DNA of 64,000 nt from Candidatus Staskawiczbacteria bacterium RIFOXYB1_FULL_38_37 (GTDB taxonomy: Bacteria > Patescibacteriota > Minisyncoccia > Minisyncoccales > Staskawiczbacteraceae), in the NCBI GenBank assembly GCA_001822075.1, contig MHPK01000003.1, positions 9,437 through 73,436 on the forward strand. The letters are read 5' to 3'. The notes beneath the pieces were generated by a model. That model saw nothing but the letters and a program-made list of their open reading frames with translations, was not told the DNA's origin and made no database searches. The position numbers and the translations under genes are program-made. Positions 35,088 through 44,700 of this stretch are shown here, piece by piece (within the stretch, counting starts at the first letter, position 1; every line of letters begins with the position of its first letter).

Positions 35088-35825
35088 ATAAAGTTTGATA
35101 TTATTACAATTTTTCCGGAAATTTTTAAGTCCTATTTAGGCGAGAGTTTAATTGCGCGGGCGCAGAAAAAAAAGCTTATAAAAATAAATATTCATAATTT
35201 AAGAAAATGGACAAATGACAGCCATAAAACTGTTGATGACAGGCCGTTTGGCGGGGGATTGGGAATGGTTCTAAAAGTAGAACCAATTTTTAAAGCAGTA
35301 AAACAAATAAAAAAAAGTCCCGCCGCAGCGGGATCCCGCTATGGCGGGACAAAAGTAATTTTATTTACTCCGCGCGGAAAAAAGTTTGACCAAAAATTAG
35401 CTAATAAGCTTTCTAAATTAGACCAAATAATTTTTATTTGCGGAAGATACGAGGGCGTTGATGAAAGGGTGGCAAAAAAAATAGCTGACATGGAAATTTC
35501 AATTGGAGACTACGACTTAATGGGCGGGGAATTGCCAGCTATGGTGGCAATAGAAACAATTTCCAGATTAATTCCAGGAGTTTTGGGCAAGCCCCAATTA
35601 TTAAAAGAGAGAATAACAAAATCCGGCGGATTTATTGAATATGCCCAATACACCCGCCCGCCAAAATTTTTTGTTAACCTGCCAAAATTTCAAAAGAAAT
35701 TTAGAGGGGCAAAAAAATTTAGGCGGGCGAAGCCCGAAGTTTGGTCTGTCCCTAGAGTGCTCTTGTCTGGAGACCACAAAAAAATAGAGGAATGGAAAAA
35801 AAAGCATAACAAAATCATTGAATAA
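35085..35825 (+). CDS. trmD: tRNA (guanine37-N1)-methyltransferase
   Basis: FDIITIFPEIF, GRYEGVDERV, GGELPAMV motifs; ATG 35085 is aa 8 of the track ORF. Confidence 0.95.
   Translation: MIKFDIITIFPEIFKSYLGESLIARAQKKKLIKINIHNLRKWTNDSHKTVDDRPFGGGLGMVLKVEPIFKAVKQIKKSPAAAGSRYGGTKVILFTPRGKKFDQKLANKLSKLDQIIFICGRYEGVDERVAKKIADMEISIGDYDLMGGELPAMVAIETISRLIPGVLGKPQLLKERITKSGGFIEYAQYTRPPKFFVNLPKFQKKFRGAKKFRRAKPEVWSVPRVLLSGDHKKIEEWKKKHNKIIE
35317..35350. repeat. 34-nt GC-rich nested palindrome in frame in trmD
   Basis: GTCCCGCC-GC-AGCGGGATCCCGCT-AT-GGCGGGAC; codon-checked translation SPAAAGSRYGGT in the variable loop before KVILFTPRG. Confidence 0.85.
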
Positions 35826-35857
35826 CATTAATTTTTGTGTTATAAATTTAAATGTGG

Positions 35858-35940
35858 GGGCGTGTGGCTGAGCAGCAAAGGCATCAGACTGTAAATCTGA
35901 CGAGGTCTCCTCTTCGCAGGTGCAAGTCCTGCCGCGCCCA
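35858..35940 (+). tRNA. tRNA-Tyr (GTA), long variable arm, no encoded CCA
   Basis: Acceptor GGGCGTG/CGCGCCC, anticodon arm TCAGA-CTGTAAA-TCTGA, variable-arm stem GAGG/CCTC, T-arm GCAGG-TGCAAGT-CCTGC (G at position 55 is non-canonical). Confidence 0.8.
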
Positions 35941-35984
35941 CTTTGCAAAGCAAAGTGTCCTGAGCTTGTCGAAGGGCACAGAGT

Positions 35985-36056
35985 GCCGATGTAGCTCAGT
36001 GGCAGAGCAACTCCATGGTAAGGAGTAGGTCGCCGGTTCAAATCCGGCCATCGGCT
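35985..36056 (+). tRNA. tRNA-Thr (GGT)
   Basis: Acceptor GCCGATG/CATCGGC, D-arm GCTC-AGTGGCA-GAGC, anticodon arm ACTCC-ATGGTAA-GGAGT, T-arm GCCGG-TTCAAAT-CCGGC. Confidence 0.9.
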
Positions 36057-36063
36057 CAAAATA

Positions 36064-36138
36064 CATAACACATAACATAGAACATATAACAGCACGATTT
36101 TTTCGTTTTGTTCCATGTTCCATGTTTCATGTTCCATG
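36064..36138 (+). repeat. heptad-repeat element copy B
   Basis: CATAACACATAACATAGAACATATAACA ... TTTTGTTCCATGTTCCATGTTTCATGTTCCATG; ends 5 nt before the rpmG ATG. Confidence 0.85.
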
Positions 36139-36142
36139 ATGG

Positions 36143-36304
36143 ATGGCGGCAAAAAAACCATTTTTAAAGATGCAATGCTCTGTTTGCAAAACAACAAACT
36201 ATTTTACAAAAAAGAGCAAAGCAACAGCAGAAAAAAAACTTGAGCTTAAAAAGTTTTGCAAAAAGTGCAAAAAACACACCATGCACAAAGAAGGCAAGAG
36301 ATAA
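36143..36304 (+). CDS. rpmG: ribosomal protein L33
   Basis: Own reading (53 aa, below track cutoff): MAAKKPFLKMQCSVCKTTNYFTKKSKATAEKKLELKKFCKKCKKHTMHKEGKR; two CxxC pairs, LELKKFC..C.KHT.HKE signature. Confidence 0.85.
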   Translation: MAAKKPFLKMQCSVCKTTNYFTKKSKATAEKKLELKKFCKKCKKHTMHKEGKR

Positions 36305-36340
36305 TTAAATAACTCAACAGCCTGTTGAGTTATTCAGAAA

Positions 36341-36370
36341 ACCTGGGTGTTCAACCCGGGTTTTTGTTTT
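36341..36370 (+). terminator. intrinsic terminator
   Basis: ACCTGGGT-GTTCA-ACCCGGGT followed by TTTTTGTTTTT. Confidence 0.75.
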
Positions 36371-36401
36371 TGTGATATAATAGAATAATGTTTTAAAAAT
36401 A

Positions 36402-38111
36402 ATGTTAACTGAAATTATAATTGTAATTGTATTTATAATATTGGCTGTTATTTTGGCAGTTGAGCTTTTTATTTTCTTTAAAAACAAAAAACTGGCGCAG
36501 GATTTGCAAAATAGGGAAGAGTCAGCAAAGTATAAAATGTATGAAATTGAAATTTTAAACAGGCTTTCAGAAAAAACAGGCTATTCTTTAAGCGCGCAGA
36601 ATGTTGTTGAAGTTATAATAGAGTCTTTGCCTGATTTGATTGACTATAGTTGCGCCTCATATATGCTTTTTTTGCCCGAAAAAATAAATTTTAGGGTTTA
36701 TCTCAAAAATTCTGTTTCCGGAGAATTTGTGGAAGAAGTAAAGTTAAAAATGTTAGAATCCTCGCCGGTTGATTTTAAAAATAAAAAAGTAGACCAGATG
36801 CTTTGGGGCGCTGATATGAGCGCAGAAATAGAAGATTCTGTTGGCTCTTTTTTAAATATTCCCTTGGTAATATCTGGAAAAACCGTGGGCTATTTTTCTC
36901 TAGCTGACGCAAGGCCTAATTTTTTCAAAGAAAAAGAGATTTTAGCTGTAACCGAGATAGCAAAAAGAGCAACGGATGCATTTACAAAGCTCCAAGATGC
37001 TGTTGAATCTGAAAACAACAAAATGAATTCTTTGGTTTCAAGCATGACAGACGGCGTGCTCATGACAGACATGGATTACAGGCTTCTTGTGGTAAATTCA
37101 GCCGCCCGCAGGGCGGCCGGCCTTGAAAATAAGGCAGACTTGTCAGTGCTGGATTTTGCAGAAAGCTTGAAAGAAAAGTTTGATTTAAAAGATAAAATTG
37201 AAGAAAGCATCAGGCTTGATAAAGTTTTTACGTCAGAAGAGTTTTCAAGAAACGTTGGCTTTTTTAAAGTTTTGGTGTCTTCTGTAAGAGACAAGTACAA
37301 ACCCTTAGGTTGCGTGGTTGTTTTCCGCGACATTACAAAAGAAAAAGAAATAGAACAAATTAAAGAAGATTTTATCTCTATGATAGTGCACGAACTCCGC
37401 TCTCCGTTAGATTCAATTAAAAAAATGATAGAATTAATGAGGGCTGCAGAAATGAAAAAAGCAAAAAGGCAAGAGTGCTATCAGATGATACACAGCAGCT
37501 CTTCTGATATGTTAGAGCTTGTTAACAATCTTTTGGACATGGCCAAAATTGAAGCTGGCAAGTTTGAGCTTAAAAAACAAACGTCTAATATTGCAGAAAT
37601 AATTAAGACCCGCGTTTTGTTTTTTGACATATCAGCTAAAGATGCTAAAGTTAAAATAACAAGCCAACTTGGAGCTGGCATTCCAGACAAAGTTGAGTTT
37701 GACCCGCACACAATTTCGCAAGTTTTGAACAATCTTATTTCCAACGCTATAAAATTTAACAAAGAAAACGGCGCAATCCAAATTCAAGCATTATTTCATA
37801 AAAAAGGAGCCAGTCTACAAAAAGAAGCAGTGGACTCTGGCATTGACTGGTTTATTAAAAAAGACATAAATATTCCAGACTCATTGTTTGTGGCAGTAAC
37901 AAACACAGGCGAGGGCATAGCCGAAGAGCAGATAAACAAGCTTTTTAACAAATTTGTTCAGGTAAAAACCGTTTTTGCCAAAAAAGGAGGAACAGGACTT
38001 GGCCTGGCAATTACAAAAAGCATTATTGAATCTCACGGAGGCGTTGTTGGGGCAGATTCTGTTGAAGGCCATGGAGCAACATTTTATTTTACGTTGCCTG
38101 TAAAACAATAA
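36402..38111 (+). CDS. sensor histidine kinase (TM, GAF/PAS-like, HisKA, HATPase)
   Basis: N-terminal TM helix; H-box HELRSPL; N/G boxes NLISNAIKFN, GTGLGLAI. Confidence 0.9.
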   Translation: MLTEIIIVIVFIILAVILAVELFIFFKNKKLAQDLQNREESAKYKMYEIEILNRLSEKTGYSLSAQNVVEVIIESLPDLIDYSCASYMLFLPEKINFRVYLKNSVSGEFVEEVKLKMLESSPVDFKNKKVDQMLWGADMSAEIEDSVGSFLNIPLVISGKTVGYFSLADARPNFFKEKEILAVTEIAKRATDAFTKLQDAVESENNKMNSLVSSMTDGVLMTDMDYRLLVVNSAARRAAGLENKADLSVLDFAESLKEKFDLKDKIEESIRLDKVFTSEEFSRNVGFFKVLVSSVRDKYKPLGCVVVFRDITKEKEIEQIKEDFISMIVHELRSPLDSIKKMIELMRAAEMKKAKRQECYQMIHSSSSDMLELVNNLLDMAKIEAGKFELKKQTSNIAEIIKTRVLFFDISAKDAKVKITSQLGAGIPDKVEFDPHTISQVLNNLISNAIKFNKENGAIQIQALFHKKGASLQKEAVDSGIDWFIKKDINIPDSLFVAVTNTGEGIAEEQINKLFNKFVQVKTVFAKKGGTGLGLAITKSIIESHGGVVGADSVEGHGATFYFTLPVKQ

Positions 38112-38129
38112 TCTTAATTTTTTAAAAAA

Positions 38130-38504
38130 ATGCCAAATATAGATAAAAAAATTTTAGTTGTGGAAGACACGAAAAATTATCTTTGGCTTATTTCCCAAAA
38201 GCTTACGTTGGAGGGCTTTAATGTTATAACAGCCGAAGACGGCCAAGAGGGATTGGATGCCGCAAAAAAAGAAAAGCCAGATTTAATGCTTTTAGATATT
38301 GAAATGCCAAAAATGACTGGCATTGAAATGGCGAAAAAATTAAAAGAAGAGGGTATAATCATTCCAACTATTTTTTTAACAAATATGAGCGATATGAAGC
38401 ATATGAGCCAGGCAATGGAAAACGCTTCAGATTATATAATTAAGTCTGACATGGATATAGACAGCCTTGTTGCCAGAGTCAAGGAAAGGCTTCGCATAAA
38501 GTAG
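38130..38504 (+). CDS. single-domain response regulator (receiver only)
   Basis: LVVED..., LMLLDIEMPKMTG phospho-acceptor region; no output domain. Confidence 0.85.
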   Translation: MPNIDKKILVVEDTKNYLWLISQKLTLEGFNVITAEDGQEGLDAAKKEKPDLMLLDIEMPKMTGIEMAKKLKEEGIIIPTIFLTNMSDMKHMSQAMENASDYIIKSDMDIDSLVARVKERLRIK

Positions 38505-38587
38505 GGCACGGGCTTCTCTATTGACCTCTTGTTTTGCAGGTATAAAATAAAGCAATAGGGTTAATTACAAGTAAATAATGAAATTTT

Positions 38588-38971
38588 ATGCAAAAAATAA
38601 ATAAAAAAGTTTTAATCGTAGATGACGAGGATAGTGTTTTAGTTCCTCTCAAAGACGCTTTTTCTGAAGCTGGATTTGATGTAGTTTTAGCCAAAGACGG
38701 CCAAGAGGGGTTGGATGCCGCAAAAAAAGAAAAGCCGAATATAATGATTGTAGATATTAAAATGCCAAAAATGGATGGCATAGAAATGACAAAAAAATTG
38801 AAGGAAGCAGGCATAAGCATCCCGACTATATTTTTGACCGCCCTAAAAGACACAACCCATATTGCCGACGCCATGGAAGCCTATAGGCCTGATTCAGATT
38901 ACATTATAAAAACAGAAATAAGTTTAGACGAAATAGTCCGCAGGGCAAAAGCAAAATTGGGCTTGGAATAA
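38588..38971 (+). CDS. single-domain response regulator (paralog)
   Basis: LIVDDE..., IMIVDIKMPKMDG; shares DGQEGLDAAKKEKP with 38130..38504, with near-identical DNA. Confidence 0.85.
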   Translation: MQKINKKVLIVDDEDSVLVPLKDAFSEAGFDVVLAKDGQEGLDAAKKEKPNIMIVDIKMPKMDGIEMTKKLKEAGISIPTIFLTALKDTTHIADAMEAYRPDSDYIIKTEISLDEIVRRAKAKLGLE

Positions 38972-38977
38972 TTATTT

Positions 38978-39730
38978 ATGAAAGGAGGAGAGCCGATTTT
39001 TATAGACAAAAAATCAAAAATAGGAATCTTGATGCTCCATGGTTTTTCAAGCACTCCCAACCAGTTTAAAGAACTGGCTGATTTTATTTCAAAAAAAGAG
39101 TTTAATGTTTCAGCGCCGCTTATTGCGGGCCATGGCACATGTCCTGACGACTTGGCAAAAACTTCCGGCGAAGACTGGAAAAAATCAGCGGAAGAAGCTT
39201 ATTTAAAATTAAAAAAAATTTCTGAAAAAGTTTTTATAATAGGCAACTCTTTCGGCTCAAACCTGGGGCTCTGGCTTGTCCAAAAATTTAACAACGAGCA
39301 AGAGGGCATTGTCACTTTGGGCGCGCCTGTTTTTTTAAGGTTCCATAAAATATTGATTTTGCGCATTTACACTTACGGCTGGTTTAAAAAATATTATGGA
39401 AAGCCCGCCAGAATTTATGAAACAGATAACATAGATTTGTCAGATGAGGTTACGTATCCTGTAATTCCCATAAAGTCTTTGCGCGATTTTTTCAGGTTTA
39501 TAAAAAAAGATACCATTCCGATTCTGCCAAAAATAAAAATACCAGCTTTAATATGCAATTCTGTTTCAGATAAAGTGGTGCACCCGAGAAGCGCAACACA
39601 TATTTACAAACGCATATCATCTGCGTCAAAAAAGATTTATCTGTATCCCTCAGACGCCCACACAATAATGTCTGGCGCGCACAAAGAAGACTTGTTCCAA
39701 AAAATACAAGAATTTATCAAACATGTATAA
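38978..39730 (+). CDS. alpha/beta hydrolase (esterase/lipase-like)
   Basis: Nucleophile elbow GNSFGS; HGFSSTP oxyanion region; C-terminal D/H positions. Confidence 0.75.
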   Translation: MKGGEPIFIDKKSKIGILMLHGFSSTPNQFKELADFISKKEFNVSAPLIAGHGTCPDDLAKTSGEDWKKSAEEAYLKLKKISEKVFIIGNSFGSNLGLWLVQKFNNEQEGIVTLGAPVFLRFHKILILRIYTYGWFKKYYGKPARIYETDNIDLSDEVTYPVIPIKSLRDFFRFIKKDTIPILPKIKIPALICNSVSDKVVHPRSATHIYKRISSASKKIYLYPSDAHTIMSGAHKEDLFQKIQEFIKHV

Positions 39731-41462
39731 AACAATACCCGAGCTTTTTTTTGAAACAGCAGAAAAATACCATTCAAAGCCAGCCCTTTTATATAAAAAA
39801 GAAAGTGTTTATTTTCCAATTTTATACAAAGAGCTTTCAACCAAAGTGCAAATTTTTGCTTCAGCCTTGCAGAAGTTGGGAATTGTGGAAGGCGACAAAG
39901 TGGCCATTTTTTCAGAAAACAGGCCAGAATGGGCAGTGTCAGATTTGGCAATAATGTCTTTGGGGGCTATATCGGTTCCCCTGCACACAACCTTCAGCCC
40001 AAAAGCTGTATGCACTGTCTTGAACCACTCACAAGCAAAAGTTCTTATTGTTTCAAACAGCGATTTTTTAAACAGGGTTTTGCTGGGCCAGAAACAGTTA
40101 AAGCACTTGAAAAAAATCATAGTCATAGATAATTTAGCATCAGCTCAAACAGAGACTTTTTCAGGAAAAGTTTTGAGCTACAAGGCGCTTTTCAGGATGC
40201 ACCGCAACGACGACTATGAAAAAACATTTCTTGACCCAGATAACGTTTGCAGCATAATTTACACTTCCGGCACCACGGGAAAACCCAAAGGCGTGCTTTT
40301 AACCCATAGAAATTTTTTGAGCAATGTGGAGGCTGTCAATGAAATAATTCCAGTAAAAGAGAATGATGTGTTTTTGTCTTTTTTGCCATTATCCCATGTT
40401 TTAGAAAGAATGGCGGGCTATTATATGGCTCTTTTCCATGGGGCTTCAATAGCTTATGCAGAAAGCATAAAACAGCTGCCCCTGAACTTAAAAGAAGTAA
40501 AGCCCACTATTTTAATTTCAGTGCCGCGTATTTTTGACAAGTTTCACGACGTTGTTTGGGACAAGGTAAACTCGTCTTCCGGCTTTCAAAAAAAAGTTTT
40601 CAAATGGGCTTTAAAGCAAAAAAAACAGAGTTTGAGGTATAGGCTGGCTGACTTTTTGGCTTTTAAAAAAATAAAAAAGCAAATGGGCGGAAGGTTAAGA
40701 TTGGCAATTTCCGGCGGAGCTTCATTAAACGAAAAAATCGGCAGATTTTTTGCAAAAATTGGAATTATGATTTTAGAAGGTTACGGCTTAACAGAAACCT
40801 CTCCTGTAATTTCAGCTAACAGGGAATCAGATTGCATTTTTGGCACAGTGGGCAAAATAGTGCCCGGGGTAAAAGTTAAAATTGCAGATAACAAAGAAAT
40901 TTTAGTTAAGGGCCCCAATGTCACACAGGGCTATTATAAAAATAAAAAAGCAACAAAACAGGCTTTTGACAGAGACGGCTGGTTTTGCACAGGAGATTTG
41001 GGCTTTGTAGACAGGCAGGGGCATTTGACTGTAATTGGCAGGGCAAAAGAAATGATTGTAACTTCGGGCGGCAAAAACGTGTGGCCGGAAGCCGTTGAAA
41101 ACTTGCTTAATGACGACAAATTTATTGCCCAGTCAATTATAATTGGAAACAAAAGAAAATTCATTTCTGCTTTAATAGCGCCCGACTGGCAGGAAGTTGA
41201 AATTTATATGAAAGAAAACAATATGCGCCTGTTTAGCCATGAAAGAATGGTAAGAAGCTTGGAGCTTTTGGCAATATTTCAAAAAAGAATTGACGAAAAA
41301 ATAAACCCCAAGCTTTCCCATCACGAAAAAATCCAGAAATTCAGGCTGGCGCCGCAGGAATTTACCCAAGAGCAAGACGAACTCACCCCAACCTTAAAAT
41401 TGCGCAGGCACATTATAGAAAAACACAATCACAAAGGCATTGAGAAGATGTACAACAGCTAA
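39723..41462 (+). CDS. long-chain acyl-CoA synthetase (AMP-forming)
   Basis: AMP-binding motif YTSGTTGKPKGV, GYGLTE, TGD. Confidence 0.9.
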   Translation: MYKTIPELFFETAEKYHSKPALLYKKESVYFPILYKELSTKVQIFASALQKLGIVEGDKVAIFSENRPEWAVSDLAIMSLGAISVPLHTTFSPKAVCTVLNHSQAKVLIVSNSDFLNRVLLGQKQLKHLKKIIVIDNLASAQTETFSGKVLSYKALFRMHRNDDYEKTFLDPDNVCSIIYTSGTTGKPKGVLLTHRNFLSNVEAVNEIIPVKENDVFLSFLPLSHVLERMAGYYMALFHGASIAYAESIKQLPLNLKEVKPTILISVPRIFDKFHDVVWDKVNSSSGFQKKVFKWALKQKKQSLRYRLADFLAFKKIKKQMGGRLRLAISGGASLNEKIGRFFAKIGIMILEGYGLTETSPVISANRESDCIFGTVGKIVPGVKVKIADNKEILVKGPNVTQGYYKNKKATKQAFDRDGWFCTGDLGFVDRQGHLTVIGRAKEMIVTSGGKNVWPEAVENLLNDDKFIAQSIIIGNKRKFISALIAPDWQEVEIYMKENNMRLFSHERMVRSLELLAIFQKRIDEKINPKLSHHEKIQKFRLAPQEFTQEQDELTPTLKLRRHIIEKHNHKGIEKMYNS

Positions 41463-41510
41463 TAATAAGTGTTATTAAAAACCTAAGCCTAACATAAAAC
41501 ACTATAAATT

Positions 41511-41720
41511 ATGGAAGAGAAAAAACCTATAGATCTTTTAGCAGCAGCGCCGTTTCTTTTTTTATTTGCTTTAGCGGCATTTTTAGTTGATAACGGCAAA
41601 TGGATAAGAGAATTTTTATCTTTGCCGCCAAAGCATATTTTTACTTATTTGGGAGTATTATTTGTGGTTTTAGTGGCAATTGCAGTTAAAGTTTTTTTGT
41701 CGTTCATGAACTCCGCTTAA
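41511..41720 (+). CDS. small membrane protein (69 aa, two TM helices)
   Basis: ORF track; hydrophobic profile. Confidence 0.45.
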   Translation: MEEKKPIDLLAAAPFLFLFALAAFLVDNGKWIREFLSLPPKHIFTYLGVLFVVLVAIAVKVFLSFMNSA

Positions 41721-41786
41721 TGGCTGGCTGGCTGTTGCATGTTACGTGACTTTGACTTTTTTGAAAGTTGAGGGCAAACTAAAATA

Positions 41787-44700
41787 ATGGAAAAAGATAA
41801 GTTGAACGTCGCTAAAAGAATCTTTGTAAAGCTCAATGTTTTGCTGCTGATTTTTGGTTTCTTGTTTCAGCCGCCAGCTGGCGTTTTTGCGCAAAACGAA
41901 ACAAATGAAAAGCCGCCCACTTCTATACAAATAAGCGATAAGGCCGACAAAACAAAAACCCAGCTTGATAAAGCGCTTGAAGAGGTTCAGCCTAAAGACG
42001 AAAATAAAAATTTTGAGAAAGAGCAGAGCCAAGAAGATTCTTCAGCCGCAGAGCCTGTAGAGCAAGCCTCTGCCGTCGAGGACGAAAAAACTTCTAATTC
42101 AAACCGCATAACTATTGATGTTGATTATGCGACAGGCGCTTTTTCATATAAATATAAGCTTGACATTCCTGCTGGGCGCAATAGCTTAAACCCTATAATA
42201 GATTTAAAATATAATTCCGAAGATAAAAACAATGCCTCGGAAATAGGTTTTGGGTGGTCTTTGTCTATTCCAAAAATTAAAAGGCTCAATAAAAGGGGAG
42301 TTAATTTGCTGTATGAAAGCAACGATTTTTATTCATCGCTCTCTGGCGAACTCGAAAAAATATCCGAAAGCGCTTTTGGCGCAAAAATTGATGATGGCTC
42401 AATGTTGGATTACCAATTAAACAATAATGTTTGGACAGTTACAGCAAAGGATGGAACAAAATATATATTTGGCGGAGAGACGTCTGCCATGCTTGAAGAC
42501 CCTTCTGATTTGTCAAAGGTTTACGAATGGTATTTAAGCAGAATTGAAGACACAAACGGAAATTTTATTTCATACAATTATTATGATGACACAGCCAACA
42601 ACGTTGTTTACCCCGATTCGATTACTTACACAAATTATGGCGGAAGCGCAGGTATTTATGAAATTGATTTTATAAAAGAGGCAAGGCCAGATGAATATTT
42701 TAGTTATGCTCCCGGATTTTTAACAAAGACAACAAAAAGAACTGCCCAAATTCAAGTTTTAACCAATGGATTATGGACTAGAAAATATGTATTAGGATAT
42801 GAACAGGGCGATAATGGTTACCGCTCCATGCTCAATTCTGTAACTGAATACGGCAGAGATGAAGCGGGTGCAATAACCGCTTTGCCCGAAATGAGCATGT
42901 TATACAGCGCAGGAGAAAACAGCTTAGTTAATAACAGCAATAATAATTTTCCATGGCCCGAATCTCAAAACCAGCCGGCCTCTCCTTTTTCTCTTGCCGA
43001 CGGATATCTGCGCGTAATGGATTTAAACGGCGACGGATTAAAAGACATCGCCAAATCATACAATATCCAGATAAACGGAATTGATAAGCCGGTATTTTGG
43101 GTTTTGGTTAACACCGGCCACGGCTGGGCGCAAGACACCAGCTGGACCCAGCCTATTTACTCTTTTGTTGATGGACAGGGCAGAACCATTGAAGGAAAAT
43201 TTGTTTTTTCAGGAATTGACACAGGAGATTGGAATGGAGACGGTAAAGATGACTTAATCAGGTTTTGGAGAGAAGACTTGGGCGGAGGCAGGGATTTGCA
43301 GCACGTTGTGGTTCTTTTGAATAATGGCTCTGGTTGGACGCAAGATAAAAATGTTTCAATTGATAATATTACATATTCTAATGCTTGTACTGGCGGCAGC
43401 ATATATATTATGTCTGGAAATTCGGGCGGACGTTTTGTTGATTTAAACGGCGATGGTTTTTTAGATTATGTTTATGCTTATAATATACAAATCAATGGCG
43501 TACACTGTCCGATATTTGCAGTGCTTTACAATGAAGGAGGAAACTTAAAATGGGACCAAAGCGTTACTGTGCCCTGGGTAAATAATGGCTCTGGCAGCGC
43601 CCCGCTTTCCCTAAACGACAGCATAAAAGCTCTTGATTTAAACGGCGATGGTTTGCTTGATTTTATATGGGCCTTGGATAACTCCAATCCTTATTTTTGG
43701 GTTTTGATAAACACCGGCCACGGCTGGGCGCAAGACACCAGCTGGACCCAGCCCACATACACATATTTAAGTCCATCAGGGGCTCCTCAAAATGGATACT
43801 TCATAACTTCGTCTGGAGCTGGCTGGCGGCCCATGGAAATAAATGGGGATAATTTGGTTGATTTTGTGAGACTTTGGACCATTGACATCGGAGGCGGGCA
43901 TTCAGTTGGCCGAAGCGCTGTTTTGGTTAACACCGGCCACGGCTGGGCGCAAAACGATTCTCTGCTTGCTGTTGGCAATTATACGGCCAGCAATAACGCA
44001 ACTGGCTATCCTATAACAACTAAAATGTCAGCAACCATAATTTTTGATGCTAATGGCGATGGAATGGACGACATAATGCATACAGCAGTTTCGCAGACAA
44101 ACGGAGTTTATGATGTAACAGACTGGCTTATGCAAAATACAGGGCATTCTGCCAATCTTGTAGAAAAAATAACTCTTCCTGAAGGCGGAAACTTTTCGTT
44201 TGATTATAAGGCAAGCACAAGCTACACAGACCAATCTGGCAATCTTTTAAACCCAAATCTTCCAATAACCTATAACACATTAAAATCTGTAACAAGTAAC
44301 GATGGCTTTGGAAATCAGGCAGTTACAACTTACGAATATGCAGATGGAAGCTATTTTTATAATAACGTCTATGACCGCAGGTTTGCCGGATACGGAAAAA
44401 TTACAGTTCAAGACCCTGTTGGCAATAAAACTATAATTTATAATCATTTAGGCAATGGCTTGCAGGCGGGAGAAACGGGTTCTGACCCGGCTGACGGAAG
44501 CTTAATAGGCAAAGCTTACAAAACGCAACGTTATGATGCTTCAGGAAACCTGTTTTCTGAAGCATATACAGATTGGGTGAGTTATGATTTAGGAAATAAT
44601 AGAGATTTTACGTATAAGGCAAAAGAAGTGTCCAATGAATCCGGAAAACAGAGCGCTGTTGAATATATTTATAATACAACCACAGGAAATTTAACAAACC

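Noticed and set aside
35601-36197. Track ORFs 35601..36197 (-) and 35884..36123 (-)
   Set aside because: They run antisense through the trmD 3' end, both tRNA genes and the heptad repeat. They are better explained by those features.
37095-37125. GC-rich hairpin GCCGCCC-GCA-GGGCGGC inside the histidine kinase as another inserted palindrome
   Set aside because: The encoded VVNSAARRAAGL fits the normal PAS-domain consensus (vN.aa..l.G), so no insertion is evident. Only the codon choice is odd.
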